From positions 28,406 through 92,405 of IMG/VR virus record IMGVR_UViG_3300008262_000017: a stretch of DNA of 64,000 nucleotides; one strand, given 5' to 3'. The notes beneath the pieces were generated by a model. The model saw only the letters and a program-made list of their open reading frames with translations. It made no database searches and had not been told where the DNA came from. Numbering within the stretch: the first letter of the stretch is position 1; every line of letters begins with the position of its first letter. The stretch comes from a virus. Made by a program: the position numbers and the translations under genes. Of the stretch, positions 20,301 through 31,100 are shown one piece after another.

Positions 20301-23300
20301 TCTGCTGTTTTAATCCAAGACGTTTTATTGTTTGGTTTAGTGTAAGAAATAACTTTTCCGGATTGAGCAATACCAGCATCAGGTCTATTAATTGCTGATA
20401 TTAATATTGTGTTATTACCAACTGCAATATCGTATCCATACCTGTCAAACTTAGTTCCTTTGTTAAGTAAGGATTCTCCATATAAGAATTTTTCGTTGTA
20501 TCTATCGTAAATATCAACTACAGATGCATCGGTATTTAAATCTTCAAAAGTACAACTGTCTTTATCAAACGTAGTTGTTGATTTATCAAATGTTGTTTGT
20601 TGAGAAGAATCTCTATTAAAAGAAAATATAGCTAGAGTTCGATCGTTGTTTATAAACTCTACTCTTGTGCCAAACTTTTCGTTAACTTCGCCTGCTCTAG
20701 TATTAATAATTTGTAAGAGCTGATATGCAGTTCCTATTCTCTTATAAACAATGACCGCTCCTACATCTACTTTATTTCTAACGTTGATTAAATCAGCGCC
20801 TACTGCAATGTATTGACCGTTATCAGATATAGAAATGCTCTTTCCAAAGTTTTCGTAATCTGATGCAGAAGGATTGTATACTATCTGTTGATCTAACACA
20901 AAAGGCAAGATTGATAGAGGATCATCTTTATAAACAAATACTTTGTTAAGCTTAGGGGCAGTTATTGCTAAGATAGCAGCAGTGCCATTAACTTGTGAAA
21001 GTGCAAGGTCAGTTCCAAACTCGTCAGCTAACTCTCCAGATCTCTCTGCATATAAAAACCAATCATTGTCGAGAGTAATCTCTTCACCTGTGCCATCAAC
21101 AACATATTGATGTTTGTAAATGTAGACTGTTGCATTAGAAGAATCGTATACTGACAAGAAGTAAGTAGCTGCTGATCCTCCGTATAGATCTGCAACTTTG
21201 ACAAAATCAAAGTTAGATCCAAATCCACTGTTGCCTTGATTAATTTCTAAAACTTTAGAATATTTTCTATTGGTTTCTCTCTTATATAGATAAAAGAATC
21301 CTGCTTCAGGTGCCGAAATAACAAGCCACTGACCGTCTTTTGAAAACTTAGTAACGTCTCCGAACGAATTAAAAGATGCAGAATTTTTTCTATAGAAGGA
21401 ACCTGTTACTCTCCAAACAGGATTGGTATTGCTTTTTTCAAATATAGTAACAACTGCTTTTGAATTATCGCCAGGTGCAATTTCAGAAGTTACTGCACAA
21501 GTATTGCCGTCTGCTGTCATTGACAAAGCTTTGCCAAAAGTTAAGCCAGGTGCCGGTGTTGGATTTTGAATATCTGTTTTAGAATAAACTCTATTATTTT
21601 TAAATATTCCCCACAGACCATTTCCTGAACTGTCTACCCACACTGTTTCATTTGGTTTAATCTTATAATCTAAATTATCATTGACACTGTCTATATTATC
21701 AAATACAACTGATTTTAAATAGAATGATATTATAGGTTTAGTAGTCTTTGGTGCACCTTCAAAAAGTTGCACATCAATCAATGCATTTCTAATCTTAATA
21801 ATTTTACAAAATGCAGAAATATTTGGAGCACTTTCTATTCTAAGATAAGTGCCAACTATTACATCAGGAATTTTATCGCAAACTAGTGTAGTAACTTTAT
21901 CGTGTTGAATTTCAAGAATTTTAAAATTAGTCTTTGTAATTCTATAGACGTTCCAATCTGCTCCTTCAAACGCTGTTTGAATATATTTTCCTTCAATATA
22001 TTTTAAAGCGTCTACGCTTGTCAACGAATCTAAATTGTCTACACTTATAAGGATATCTTCTTTTCTAACATTTCCTGGAGTTCTTAAAAATCTTTTAGGA
22101 GCAACAGTTGGCCATAGATCTGCTTTATAATCTATAGGTTTTATATAGATATCAGCTTCAGTTTGTCTATAAACAAAATCGTTAACTTTAGGATCAATCC
22201 TATCTACAAATTCGATAGGCTGAGGATTAATTTTAAATTGTTTTTCTTCTAAAACTATTTCAATTTCATTAAAACTGTCAACTGCTCCGTATTCTCCTAC
22301 ACGGAACGCCCATTCTTCGTCAAATACTAAACTTTCTTTATCAGCAGCACTTAGCACATCGAATAGTTTATTAAAAACATTTTGAGTTCCTTTTTCTGCA
22401 ATCATGCCTTGATAAAACTTATACTGACTTACATCATTATTAATAATGTTTTCAAGGTACTGACGTTTTTGGTAACCAATTAAATGCTGTGCAACTTTTT
22501 GTTGTTCAACATCAAAATTATCAGTGTCTAAGTCATAAAAATCTGTAAACTGTTCTGCTTTATAGTCCCAGTTAGGTAGTAGTTTTGATTCTAGTTTATT
22601 TTCTAGTAAAAACCAATCAGCATAATCAAAAGTTTCTACTCCTGGTAGGAAAGATCTTGCACTGAAATAGAATTCTTTATATTTTACAATATCTCCTAGA
22701 TTGTAATCAGTCCAAGGTTCCCAACTGTTAATTTTTAGTTGATCATAGATAAATCCAGGTGTTTCAAAACTTCCGCTCCATTGACTTGTTACGTAACCTA
22801 AAATTTTTAATTTATCTTGCCTATAGCCTGTTTCTTTATCGTAAATTGTATCATTAAACATTGTTGTGTTATCAAATACTACAACATGTTCTTTTTGTAC
22901 AAGATGAAGAACTGCACAATAGATACCTGCAGATGTGCCGGCAGTAGGAGCAAGACTAAATTCTCCTTCAGATCTAAATACATCTATTAGTTCAGGTTCT
23001 AATTTTTTACCATCTAATTTAAAAATGTTATAATCGTAAAAAGAATCTATAACACTGTCAACAACTGCTATATTAGATTTAAACGTTAATTTATTTGCTG
23101 CCGGGCTTAAACTAATAGTAGATCCAATAGCCCAATTTTGACTTGTCCAAGTTAAAAATTCTTTAGTACTGGTAATCCAATTAGCAACAACTGAAAGATT
23201 ATTATTGTATTCTTCAAATACAAATCCTTCAGATTTTAAAAATTCTCCGTATCCTTGTAAGAAGTCTGCTACTTCTTGTATAGATCCCAATACTGTGTTG

Positions 23301-26300
23301 TAAGCAATCTTAATTGGATTATTGTAATCCCAACCTTTTCTAACAATTACAGTTTTACCTCCTACCAGCGGTAAGTTTGGTAGCTTAACATACAAGTTGT
23401 TATCAAACGAGTTTCCGCTAGTATGCGATACTCTTACTCTATAATATGTGTCTGCATATTTTATTACTTTGCCTGCAACATAATACTGATCAGATGCCCA
23501 GTTAGCATAAATTTCGCTTATGCCACCCACTGTGATTTCTTTTCCGCTTAGGGTGTATGGATAAACTGTAAAGTATTGATCGTTATAATTGTAACCTTTT
23601 ATTTCAAATCCAGTTTCTACTCTTGTTACAATTACACCGCTATAGACTAGCTTCTTAACAGCACTAGAAACATTTAAATTGATATTGTAATTTTCTTCAG
23701 GAACAAATACTCCACTTGTTGCGCTAGGACTTTTACTGTCTAATAGGACTCTATATTTTTGTTTACTAGTAAATGCTCCTAAGCGAGAAGACAGCTTATT
23801 GGTTATGTTTAGCAAATCTTGTTTGAAGTTATTAACTTTAGACAAATTGTTACCAGCAATATAATCAAATATGTAATTAATTAAACCTGAAGTATACACC
23901 CTAGTAGAAGTATTATCTGTAGAAATTGTAGGTGTTTTTAAATCGCTGAGTCTAAGTCTTAGGCCTGTATCAGCATATACAAGTTGTCCATTAATATCTC
24001 TTACAATTCTACTTCTATCTAAACACTTGGCTAGTACATCTGCTGGAGACATTAATAACAGTGTCTTAATTACTGCAAAAGGATAGTAGCTAGATTTTCT
24101 CCAAGCAGATTCTATAGGTGCAATATCTCCAAATTTAAAAGCATCGCTTGCTGGATCAGTTACAATGCCAATGACAAATCTTTCTTCTAAAGGAGTACTT
24201 AACTTTCCTTGTTCATCAACTGGAAATCTATTTTCTAATATTGAACGTTCAAATTTTTTATTTCTTCTAACAGGAACACCAGGTTCTCTTATAGTACCTG
24301 TTTTTAAATCTCCCCACAATACTAAATTATCTTTTGTATAAGGAGCCGGACCATATGTTTGTGTCCACCATGAAGGTTCTACACTAAAACCTAAACACTC
24401 CCAAGGGTGTGTATGAGGTCTAGCAGTGTCTAGCATCCATGTATAGATACCTCTCCATGAGTGAGGCGTATCTGTATTGTTAGGAGCATATGAGCCAGAT
24501 AAGTTATATGTAAATGCATTTAAACTATCAAAGTTGATATTTTTTGTAAAATCTAAACCAACTAACTGTAACCATTTAAAGAAAGAAGTTGAAAGAATTT
24601 CGTTGTATTCATTTATAGAATAAGCAGTTGATCTTTCATACCCGGGAATATAATCATAAATGTCAAAAATTTCAGAATTATAATTTACTTTAATGTTGTT
24701 AAAAATTCTTTTTTCTAATTCTAATATTAAATCATCTCTGTAATCATTAAACGCAACAGTTATGCTGCCGTCGTGACCTTGTATTACTTTTGTAGGAGTA
24801 ACATACGTGTCGTCTATATAAATCTTAGGTTCGTATTTTGGAAATAGACCCAATTTAGTTGGCGTAGGGGGACAAAAGCATCCATCAGTAGTAACATACT
24901 CTACTGCTTCAATACTATCATTTTCTTGTAAATCTATTAAAATTTCAAAAAATTCTGTATCTCCAAAAATATAATCTCTTCCTTCAATTAGCTGTGTATC
25001 ATTAAGATAGATATGCACCGCCTTGTTTGTCAAAGTGCTAAGATTAAAAATATTGCTTAAAGGATATGTTTTTATTCTACTGTCTAACACTGTGTAATTG
25101 ATTATGTTAGATCCGGAATATGCCACCATGTCAGACAAATAATAAGGATTAGTTTTAGGTTTATCCTTGTTCATTAATTCTAAAATTACATCAACATGAT
25201 CCCTAGTTGTTCCGCCAAAACTACTATCTGTTGCAGCTAAAATAAAAGATCTTTTAAATTTATTATAATCGTCCTTAGCTTTGTCAAGAGCTTTGATAAT
25301 ATTAGCTTCTTTAGAACCAAGGAAATACGAAGGTAAATTTAAAGAGCCGGAATGTTGAACAAATTTAGTTCCAAAGTGAGATACATTTCCTAAATCTTTT
25401 AAGTTACTTGTGCCAGGAAAAGATCCAACAAATTCATCAATGTTATCAATAATTGAATTAACATGGTCAACAACTTGACCTAAAGTAAATGTGTCAAGGT
25501 TATTGTTTAAAGGGTTGTTTTGAAGATTTATAGGAAATTCATAGTGCCCGTTATTGTTCTTTGACTGTTTAGCAAAACACTTTAATACAACGATGTCAGT
25601 TTCAGCAACAGGAGAAATTAATTCAACAAATTTATATGTAACGCCTGTTCCAATAGTGTAATCAAGTTTGTTTAATTTCTTTCCGTTAATATAAACTCTA
25701 ACTGACAAATCTTCTAAGTTAGTTTTGTCATTGAATACATCAACATTAAAAGTGTTAGATACTTTACCTGTATACGTTCTAATAACTGGCTGATAATCAG
25801 TTACTTTAGATTTGACCCAGCCGTTAACAAAAGAATATCTTTCTAAGTCTTCAGAAACTTTTAAAAATCCAGTATCATTGTTTTTATAAAATACTGCATC
25901 TTTTACTTTATACGCAAAGTTATCTTTTAAAAGATAAAAATCAAAAACAATGTCACCTATGTTATTAATGTTTTGATATGATAACGGAAATCCTAATTCA
26001 TTATCAACTACTCCGCTCGAAGATTCTTTATATCCAAAAAGTTTGTTTCCCTTAAAGCTTGATCCGTCATACTTAGAAGGGTCAGAAAATGACACTCCGG
26101 CGTTATCAAATAAATCAAATAATGGAGTTTGATTAACAGATGTTTTGATTTGACCTAGGACCCATTTAGATCCGTTGAACCAATATGTCTGTCCCTTATT
26201 TCCTATTAAGTTATTTTCTAACGGCTCAATTTGACCAAATCGTATAGCTGCGTTTTCTCCTATTTGAGGAATTAAATCAGATTCTTCAGTTAGTTGAATT

Positions 26301-28114
26301 TGTCTTCTTTTTCCAGAATATACTTCTAAAGAATGTGTACCAGAAACAAGTCCTAAGATTTCTGCTTGTCTAGTTAACTTAGGATCTTTAAAAAGTGCAA
26401 TAGTTAATTGGTCTATTACTTGAACCCAATAGATGCTTCTATTAGTAAGTCCGGGAATAAGATCAAATTTATTTTTTAAATAAGTTACTTGACTTCCTGT
26501 AGATAAACCGTGCTCAGAAGTAAAAGCAATTGTACTTCTTGTTAGATCTACACTTGTTTCAGGATTAAAATTTAATAATCTTCCTGGAACAACAACATTT
26601 ATAAAGTTAACTTTGTATGTGTTGTTCTTAACAAGGATATCTGTATCAGCATTAAAAATAATTCTCATGCCGTCTGCTAGATCAACTCCATCAACGTTGT
26701 AACCTAAACTACCTTCAACTGTACTAAAAGCATCAGTTGTAAAATTATCAATTAAGTCAACTGTTTTTTTAGCAACTGTACCAAAATTATAAAGTTTTAA
26801 TCCAGAATTAAATTCAATAATTGGTCGGATAGCTCTTGCCTTTTGATCAAATTCTGGAATAGAACTGTTTACTTCTGCACTGACTTTAATAACATCAGTA
26901 TGGAACCATCTATTATATTTGCTCCATGGGTTACCATCTACGCTAGAACGATTAATAGTTACATAGTCTTTATTATTAGGCCATGAACCTATTTCACTAA
27001 ACGGAACTTGGTCAAAAGGAATGTCATCGAATAATAAGGTAGATTCTTTTGCATACGTAGATCTTATTTCTAATTCTTTTTCAGAAATAAGTTTAATAGA
27101 TGAACCAACACCTTCAACGTACCAAAATCCATTTTCGTATTGTTCAGGAACTACTTTTCCAATAAAGTTTAATTTCATTCCGTTGCTTAGTGCCACACTG
27201 CCTATAGGGGTATTAGGAATAGAATATGTTTTCTTTCCTAATACTTCAGCAGAAATATCGATGAAAGTATTTTCTTCAATATCTAAAATATGAAAAACTC
27301 CGCCTGTATCAATAGCAGCTTCACTAACATAAAACAATACATCAGGAGCATTTAAGGGAACTTCAAATGTTAATTTTCCAACTTCTGTTCCGTTTCCGTC
27401 AACACCTTGATTATATCTATCAAGTGCTCCTTCTGATCTTTCTGTTTTAATGCTAAAAGGATGGCCTTGAGCATCTAAATCAAGTATATAAGTTTGTCCT
27501 CTAAAAAGAGTAATAGTTGGATTTCTAACTAATCCTTCAACAGGGCCTTCTGGATTAAAAAGAAATGCCACGTTGTCAACTTCGTCGACTGTTGTTACAG
27601 AGTATGTACTAACTATTTCTTGTTGTTGCCCAGCAACATTAATCGGTGTTGGTCCGAATGGCAACCAGTAATATTGTTGGAAATTAGATAATTTATCCCA
27701 ATTAATATGAGGGTTCCAGCTATAAAATTCTTGTTTGTTTAATCTACTGTGATTTTTAACATTTCCATCAAACACTTCTACATGATTGATGTGATCTATG
27801 TAATCTTTATAAAAAACAGTATTGCCAAGATAGTCTTTAATAACTGCCGCTGGCTCTAGTTGATAGTCTTGTCTAGATTTATCCGCTGCATCTAAGAATA
27901 CATCAGTAGATTTATTTGTTTTAGAATATTGGCGGCCAACGTATCCATTTATTTTTTTAACAGTACCAGGCTGAATTAATTGATCTAATGTAGCTTGTAA
28001 AAATTTTTTGTTACTACTAGTTCTATAAAATCTTGGCAGTAAACTAGAAGACTCTCTTTTATTATTTGAACCAGTTGGTAGACTTGGTTCATTTTGGTCT
28101 TTATCGTATGCCAT
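14348..28114 (-). CDS. Giant multidomain baseplate wedge protein (gp7-like position), 4588 aa
   Basis: Directly follows the gp6-like gene; contains FG-GAP-like propeller repeats, GxGY repeats, Trp/Tyr carbohydrate-binding-like motifs and C-terminal IEINGERIEY..LSQLRRGTLGT. Confidence 0.75.
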   Translation of the reverse strand: MAYDKDQNEPSLPTGSNNKRESSSLLPRFYRTSSNKKFLQATLDQLIQPGTVKKINGYVGRQYSKTNKSTDVFLDAADKSRQDYQLEPAAVIKDYLGNTVFYKDYIDHINHVEVFDGNVKNHSRLNKQEFYSWNPHINWDKLSNFQQYYWLPFGPTPINVAGQQQEIVSTYSVTTVDEVDNVAFLFNPEGPVEGLVRNPTITLFRGQTYILDLDAQGHPFSIKTERSEGALDRYNQGVDGNGTEVGKLTFEVPLNAPDVLFYVSEAAIDTGGVFHILDIEENTFIDISAEVLGKKTYSIPNTPIGSVALSNGMKLNFIGKVVPEQYENGFWYVEGVGSSIKLISEKELEIRSTYAKESTLLFDDIPFDQVPFSEIGSWPNNKDYVTINRSSVDGNPWSKYNRWFHTDVIKVSAEVNSSIPEFDQKARAIRPIIEFNSGLKLYNFGTVAKKTVDLIDNFTTDAFSTVEGSLGYNVDGVDLADGMRIIFNADTDILVKNNTYKVNFINVVVPGRLLNFNPETSVDLTRSTIAFTSEHGLSTGSQVTYLKNKFDLIPGLTNRSIYWVQVIDQLTIALFKDPKLTRQAEILGLVSGTHSLEVYSGKRRQIQLTEESDLIPQIGENAAIRFGQIEPLENNLIGNKGQTYWFNGSKWVLGQIKTSVNQTPLFDLFDNAGVSFSDPSKYDGSSFKGNKLFGYKESSSGVVDNELGFPLSYQNINNIGDIVFDFYLLKDNFAYKVKDAVFYKNNDTGFLKVSEDLERYSFVNGWVKSKVTDYQPVIRTYTGKVSNTFNVDVFNDKTNLEDLSVRVYINGKKLNKLDYTIGTGVTYKFVELISPVAETDIVVLKCFAKQSKNNNGHYEFPINLQNNPLNNNLDTFTLGQVVDHVNSIIDNIDEFVGSFPGTSNLKDLGNVSHFGTKFVQHSGSLNLPSYFLGSKEANIIKALDKAKDDYNKFKRSFILAATDSSFGGTTRDHVDVILELMNKDKPKTNPYYLSDMVAYSGSNIINYTVLDSRIKTYPLSNIFNLSTLTNKAVHIYLNDTQLIEGRDYIFGDTEFFEILIDLQENDSIEAVEYVTTDGCFCPPTPTKLGLFPKYEPKIYIDDTYVTPTKVIQGHDGSITVAFNDYRDDLILELEKRIFNNIKVNYNSEIFDIYDYIPGYERSTAYSINEYNEILSTSFFKWLQLVGLDFTKNINFDSLNAFTYNLSGSYAPNNTDTPHSWRGIYTWMLDTARPHTHPWECLGFSVEPSWWTQTYGPAPYTKDNLVLWGDLKTGTIREPGVPVRRNKKFERSILENRFPVDEQGKLSTPLEERFVIGIVTDPASDAFKFGDIAPIESAWRKSSYYPFAVIKTLLLMSPADVLAKCLDRSRIVRDINGQLVYADTGLRLRLSDLKTPTISTDNTSTRVYTSGLINYIFDYIAGNNLSKVNNFKQDLLNITNKLSSRLGAFTSKQKYRVLLDSKSPSATSGVFVPEENYNINLNVSSAVKKLVYSGVIVTRVETGFEIKGYNYNDQYFTVYPYTLSGKEITVGGISEIYANWASDQYYVAGKVIKYADTYYRVRVSHTSGNSFDNNLYVKLPNLPLVGGKTVIVRKGWDYNNPIKIAYNTVLGSIQEVADFLQGYGEFLKSEGFVFEEYNNNLSVVANWITSTKEFLTWTSQNWAIGSTISLSPAANKLTFKSNIAVVDSVIDSFYDYNIFKLDGKKLEPELIDVFRSEGEFSLAPTAGTSAGIYCAVLHLVQKEHVVVFDNTTMFNDTIYDKETGYRQDKLKILGYVTSQWSGSFETPGFIYDQLKINSWEPWTDYNLGDIVKYKEFYFSARSFLPGVETFDYADWFLLENKLESKLLPNWDYKAEQFTDFYDLDTDNFDVEQQKVAQHLIGYQKRQYLENIINNDVSQYKFYQGMIAEKGTQNVFNKLFDVLSAADKESLVFDEEWAFRVGEYGAVDSFNEIEIVLEEKQFKINPQPIEFVDRIDPKVNDFVYRQTEADIYIKPIDYKADLWPTVAPKRFLRTPGNVRKEDILISVDNLDSLTSVDALKYIEGKYIQTAFEGADWNVYRITKTNFKILEIQHDKVTTLVCDKIPDVIVGTYLRIESAPNISAFCKIIKIRNALIDVQLFEGAPKTTKPIISFYLKSVVFDNIDSVNDNLDYKIKPNETVWVDSSGNGLWGIFKNNRVYSKTDIQNPTPAPGLTFGKALSMTADGNTCAVTSEIAPGDNSKAVVTIFEKSNTNPVWRVTGSFYRKNSASFNSFGDVTKFSKDGQWLVISAPEAGFFYLYKRETNRKYSKVLEINQGNSGFGSNFDFVKVADLYGGSAATYFLSVYDSSNATVYIYKHQYVVDGTGEEITLDNDWFLYAERSGELADEFGTDLALSQVNGTAAILAITAPKLNKVFVYKDDPLSILPFVLDQQIVYNPSASDYENFGKSISISDNGQYIAVGADLINVRNKVDVGAVIVYKRIGTAYQLLQIINTRAGEVNEKFGTRVEFINNDRTLAIFSFNRDSSQQTTFDKSTTTFDKDSCTFEDLNTDASVVDIYDRYNEKFLYGESLLNKGTKFDRYGYDIAVGNNTILISAINRPDAGIAQSGKVISYTKPNNKTSWIKTAEQSLDIDVSKIKKAYLYNKKTNELITYLDVVDTQQGKLPGAADQEIKFKTYYDPAIYSTGTGVNVDEGLNWTAEHVGMLWWDLSRARFYDNHSGDSLYKSSNWNKLYDTASIDIYEWVETDLLPTAWSALSDTEEGFTRGISGAPRYGNNVYSVKTYFDNISQKVKSTYYYWVKNKKTVPNVEGRTVSASNVSRLIADPISYGYPCVVFNSANCLSLVNVDKYLEDNNVALNVQYWITDNRTNFHSQWKLLSLNKNTVIPSAIENKWFHSLIGKDDAGRLVPDLKLPFKNRYGIEFRPRQGMFINRIEALKQLVERTNTVLKDILIADTYNFSNLLQAEVAPTTVSGEWDRNIDIEEELRFVPTKNFVKPIFNPVVSNGKIIDVTIVSSGNGYANFRPYQYDNQTLDPIAWFGPDLKISGNGMGAVIKTVVNALGQVIKVEIINGGEGYDSDTVLDIRSLSVLVTSDTFALESWTIYEWNLESNVWERVKSQAYNVTKYWKYIDWYKEGFNQFTKIDKIFENTHQLVVTDVRVGSVVKINNIGSGGWMLLRKFNDKVTIDYTENYEVIARQNGTVEFLSSIYSPLTTYDNLLLDANLYDNYPVTELKIILESIRDDILIDQYRVEYLKLFFASVKYVLSEQLLVDWVFKTSFVKSQHNVGELTQKITYKNDNLENFEEYIKEVKPYRTKIREFVSSYDALDPTKTVVTDFDLLPVINQDYSVSPLTVYVQGTEVVTSFAEINQYPWKNWADTLGFKVISVKIVDPGNGYILNPTVEIVGDQLSGGTPTLAKAYIANGKVNRIDLIKAGSRWTKAPNVIIKGGLGLGGTPARAVAIIGDSLARTTGTTIKFDRISKSYQITNLEVSETFTASGSKTQFPLIWSPNISTDSYLVYLNGAEVLKNEYKLTTVSTFNGSVTEYSGLLTFAEPPVKGSEIIIEYHKNFNHLAATDRINFYYKPTTGQLGKDLSQLMTGVDYGGVAVTGLGFEASFGWDSLPWFSEVWDTTAPDFDDFIIDATGTPSYQISLPYVPEKNQILNVYIARFNNVTLKHEDPIKIDDSAFGVTSLGSWTPNTNYVKGSVIGSDKKYVCLVSHVSQSSFLEGLTSGKWRVYNNDASMISFVGDGEIDILVLPQSLNLQTYVIDNEDYGDRIIIRKIESDGSINPRDDDYDTKLSGGNLAYNTATGFAPDDITLDGDGFVTAMTSHAPEEVVPGQVMDTLAIKVYSRPTGGCPNILFKTHLTNGLTNEFVIGQYFPNSNSVIVKLADQILIFEDDYTIDYQNNKVILEVTPPAGLEVSIISVSFNAENILDLDYYISDGETTEYITRSPWLPSVNATVLVNGEVVPFTIFSTDSNYTDLEGQTWRSRLGIQFPEAPPAGAVINFIIDSADISQTASIIKSQIIDYQEGTATYSLTNTIGVDLPFEANVLVKTENEILSSPSYNYFTIKNLQLTYALEDSKYQATEVNVDNLVVYLNGEQLSVGSDFNVNLNYSVPLYGIDINNFVLEGGSGYVEGDIIELVGGISYDRIATFLVSSVIGGGSILRADLIDPGLYVDFPTAPFILEGGSGTGVGLSASFVLQQDLNGVEVSLVPSRYVENGNLIIGVTSFADYSIDSLTKTITFNKEYESNTKFEILSFYNHNTLDIQRTVDTFSPIPILDLASPEYFEYNAKLGGVFKLNSTVSSGDFVWVIKNGLLLSHKVDYELAEDKQTVILNTYVAEEDKVQIIAFTNTVVEDQFGFMQFKDIMNRTHYKRLNMDKTTALAQPLSQRDRDIIVLDSNTLDIPNPSENKPGVIEINGERIEYFSKDGNILSQLRRGTLGTGIPTQHSVGTLIQNIGPSETIPYKDEYLIARSDEKRLNGSLVQDQVYVNGKMIVDFVNTRPTDSIEVFVGGYRLKKNQYTIYANTNYPYSPEGDVVRAPEFTYSSGFVQLRDTPQLGTLVVVIKKQGKVWNDLGKRLANSENAVAKFVKAVKTVWPAATVRS

Positions 28115-31100
28115 TAACTTCTCCTGATACTATTAACATTTTGTGAATTTAAGATTTGTGCAGTGTTATCAATAGCGCCTGCACTATTAATCTTTGTAGC
28201 TGTAATTGCAGAAATAATTTCTATATCATCAATGCCTGCACCGTTAATAAAGATTTGATCTTTTTCTAAACGAATTTCAAATAAACTTCCAAACTTTAAA
28301 TTATTTTGTTTTGGTACTATAACAAAATTAACAATGTTCGGCGACAGTTGTTTCATTACATAAGCTGACAGTTCGCTAAAATAAAAATTATCTCCAAACT
28401 CCCAATTTTCTAAATTAAAAAATTCTGTTATAGCAGATAACACTTTAGATTTAACATCATTGTCACTTATAACTACTTCTGAATTTTTTATAACTTTAAA
28501 TGTTGCTTGAACATCGGTATTGGCTTTACTTCCAAACAAAACTTTATATTTTACAGGATGATAAATTATTTCATCACTTACTGTTTTAATTTTGTTTAGA
28601 TCAATAGATAGTAAGTTTGATAAATCATCTGTGCTTTGAGGCAATGGTTCTATGTTTAAAGAACCGTTAAGCCATTGCCTAAAATTAATATCATATTGTT
28701 TAGTTAATACAAATAAATCAATCAGATTAGTTAATCCAGGATCTATCCTTGATTCATAATCAGCATTATGGATATATTGGAATCTTAAATTATCTCTTCC
28801 TTGAGATACTTTGTAATCTAAAGAAGTATGTAATAATCCTGTAGTTGCATTAAACAATTTAACAGTTTTTGTATCTAAGAAATAAAAATATTGTCCGTTA
28901 GGATAATTATTTAAATTTATATCAAGCTCACTATTAAAAAATAATACTTTTCCATTATTTGACACATAGCGATAGTCTTCTTGGCCTTGACTTATTTCGT
29001 ATTTTTCTTGTATTACAAATCTAGATTCAACAGGTATGCTTTCATTGTCAGGATCAACAATTTGATTAAACAATGTTGGATCGTCTACTACTCCGTCGTC
29101 ATCTGTATCATTAAAAGTAACTTGTATTTTTTTAGTATCAACGTATCCGTCAAGTCCAACAAACTGATCAGTAATTTCCCAATCTTTATCAAAGTTAAAA
29201 GAATAGTTAGATCCAGGAATAGAATTAATGTTTAAAATTTTAATTTTATCTTTTACTGTTTGATTATTTCTCACATCATAAACTTTATCGCTTGAATCAA
29301 AGAAGAATCGAACTTGTTTATCACTTTCAAAAATAAATCTTTCTAAGCGACTTGCTACTGTATAAAACTCAGTATCTGAAGTAAACAACACAAGCCAACT
29401 AGAGTCAACATTTTGATTTGTAGCATCACCTTGTCGACCTAAGTTGAAATTATCTATAACATTCAAATTAGTTTCAGTAATAATTTTCCATGTACGAGAG
29501 TCTATATCATATCTTAGACCAAATGCTTTATTACCAAAAATTAAATCTATCATCGAAGCAATTGTAGTGCTTTCTAAGACATCTCTCCAAGCAGGAATAA
29601 TTTCAGTTAGTTTTGGAGCAAGAGTCAAAACATTGTTATATGGATCAGGAATTATGTCATTTAAAACAATAGGACCTGCACCAGTAATTAAAATACCTGT
29701 GCCTCCGTTAGTGCCGTCGCCGGCAACAGAAATAACTTTAGTCCATAAAGTAGTAGCTGCATTAGGAATAGCTTCTATTAATTTTCCATTAAGTGGAGTA
29801 ATTTTATTAGACTTATTCTTATCAAAATAATAACCTGTTGGCGCATCAAACTTAACCAATGCTCCTAGAGTAAAATATTTTAACAGTGTACTAGAAAACG
29901 TACCTACTTTTAAAATAAGGTTGTTTACATCTTGTAGATACCCAGTAACTTGATTAGTGTCAATTGTTCTGTTGTACCAATATGCGCCAATTAGCTCTGC
30001 TGGAATTTTTGCAAAGTTATTATAATAAAAGTTTCTTAAATTTTTAGAACTTAGCAAAGGAAATATTTGATTATAGATAACTGCTTCAATTTCTGTTCTA
30101 GACCTAAACTTAAATCTAAAACTGTCTTGGTAAGTTTCTTTATACAATGCTCCGTCGTCAGCAAACAAATTTGTCTTGCTGTATTTTCCTGTTGGATCTA
30201 CAAGATCAAAATAACGGCTAATGCCGCTGCTTGTTCTATTGATTGCTTTAATTTTAACAATTTCTTGATTAACGCTTAACGGACTAATGTTGTAATCTTC
30301 AGCAGTAATCATTCTATTTTGTGTATAGTATGTAGCAGGTGCTCTAGATTTTATACTAGCATTTTCTTCTGCAGGACTACTATTTGTAACAGAACTTTGT
30401 AAACTTAGACTTACTGTCAATCTTTCTTGCTGACCTAAATTGCTAGTGTAAGGAATATCAATAGTAACATTTCTAACATCTCTAGGATTAACTGTATAAC
30501 GAAGTCCGTTACTTACTCTATAATAAACACGGAATGTTCCTTGAGGTAAATTACCAAATACTCCATCACTAAAGATTAAACTAGCTTGGTCGTCAGTACG
30601 TGTTACAACTCCATAGAAATTTTTAATAGACTTGTTTAAACTATTATAGATAACGTTGTTGCCTTCAAAGTTAGGAACTTGTGTCCAATACTCTGATTCT
30701 GCTCCATTTTTATCTAGTCTATATAACCAAATATCACTGTTGTTGATGTTAACTGCATCAATGTCTACAGTTTCATCTGTACTAGGTTGTGTGATGTTAA
30801 ATCTTCCTTGAGCAACAGTACCTTGCTTAAAGTGTAGGAAGAAACCTGTGTTTCCGCTGCCGTTACCTTTGCCGTCATCTCTATATAAGAAAGCCAGCTG
30901 GTTTCCAATTTTAGGAGGTTCTTCAACTATAGCATTGCCGTTTTCAAACGCTGTAGAGACTATTTCAAAATCCATTGATCTTCCGTCAATAGTTTTATTA
31001 AACTTAAAAATAGGAAGTGCAGTAGACAACGTTTGAAATCTATATTGCTCTGTTGGAATACCTAATACAAAATCTTTATCGTCAGGATTTCCAAATTTTC

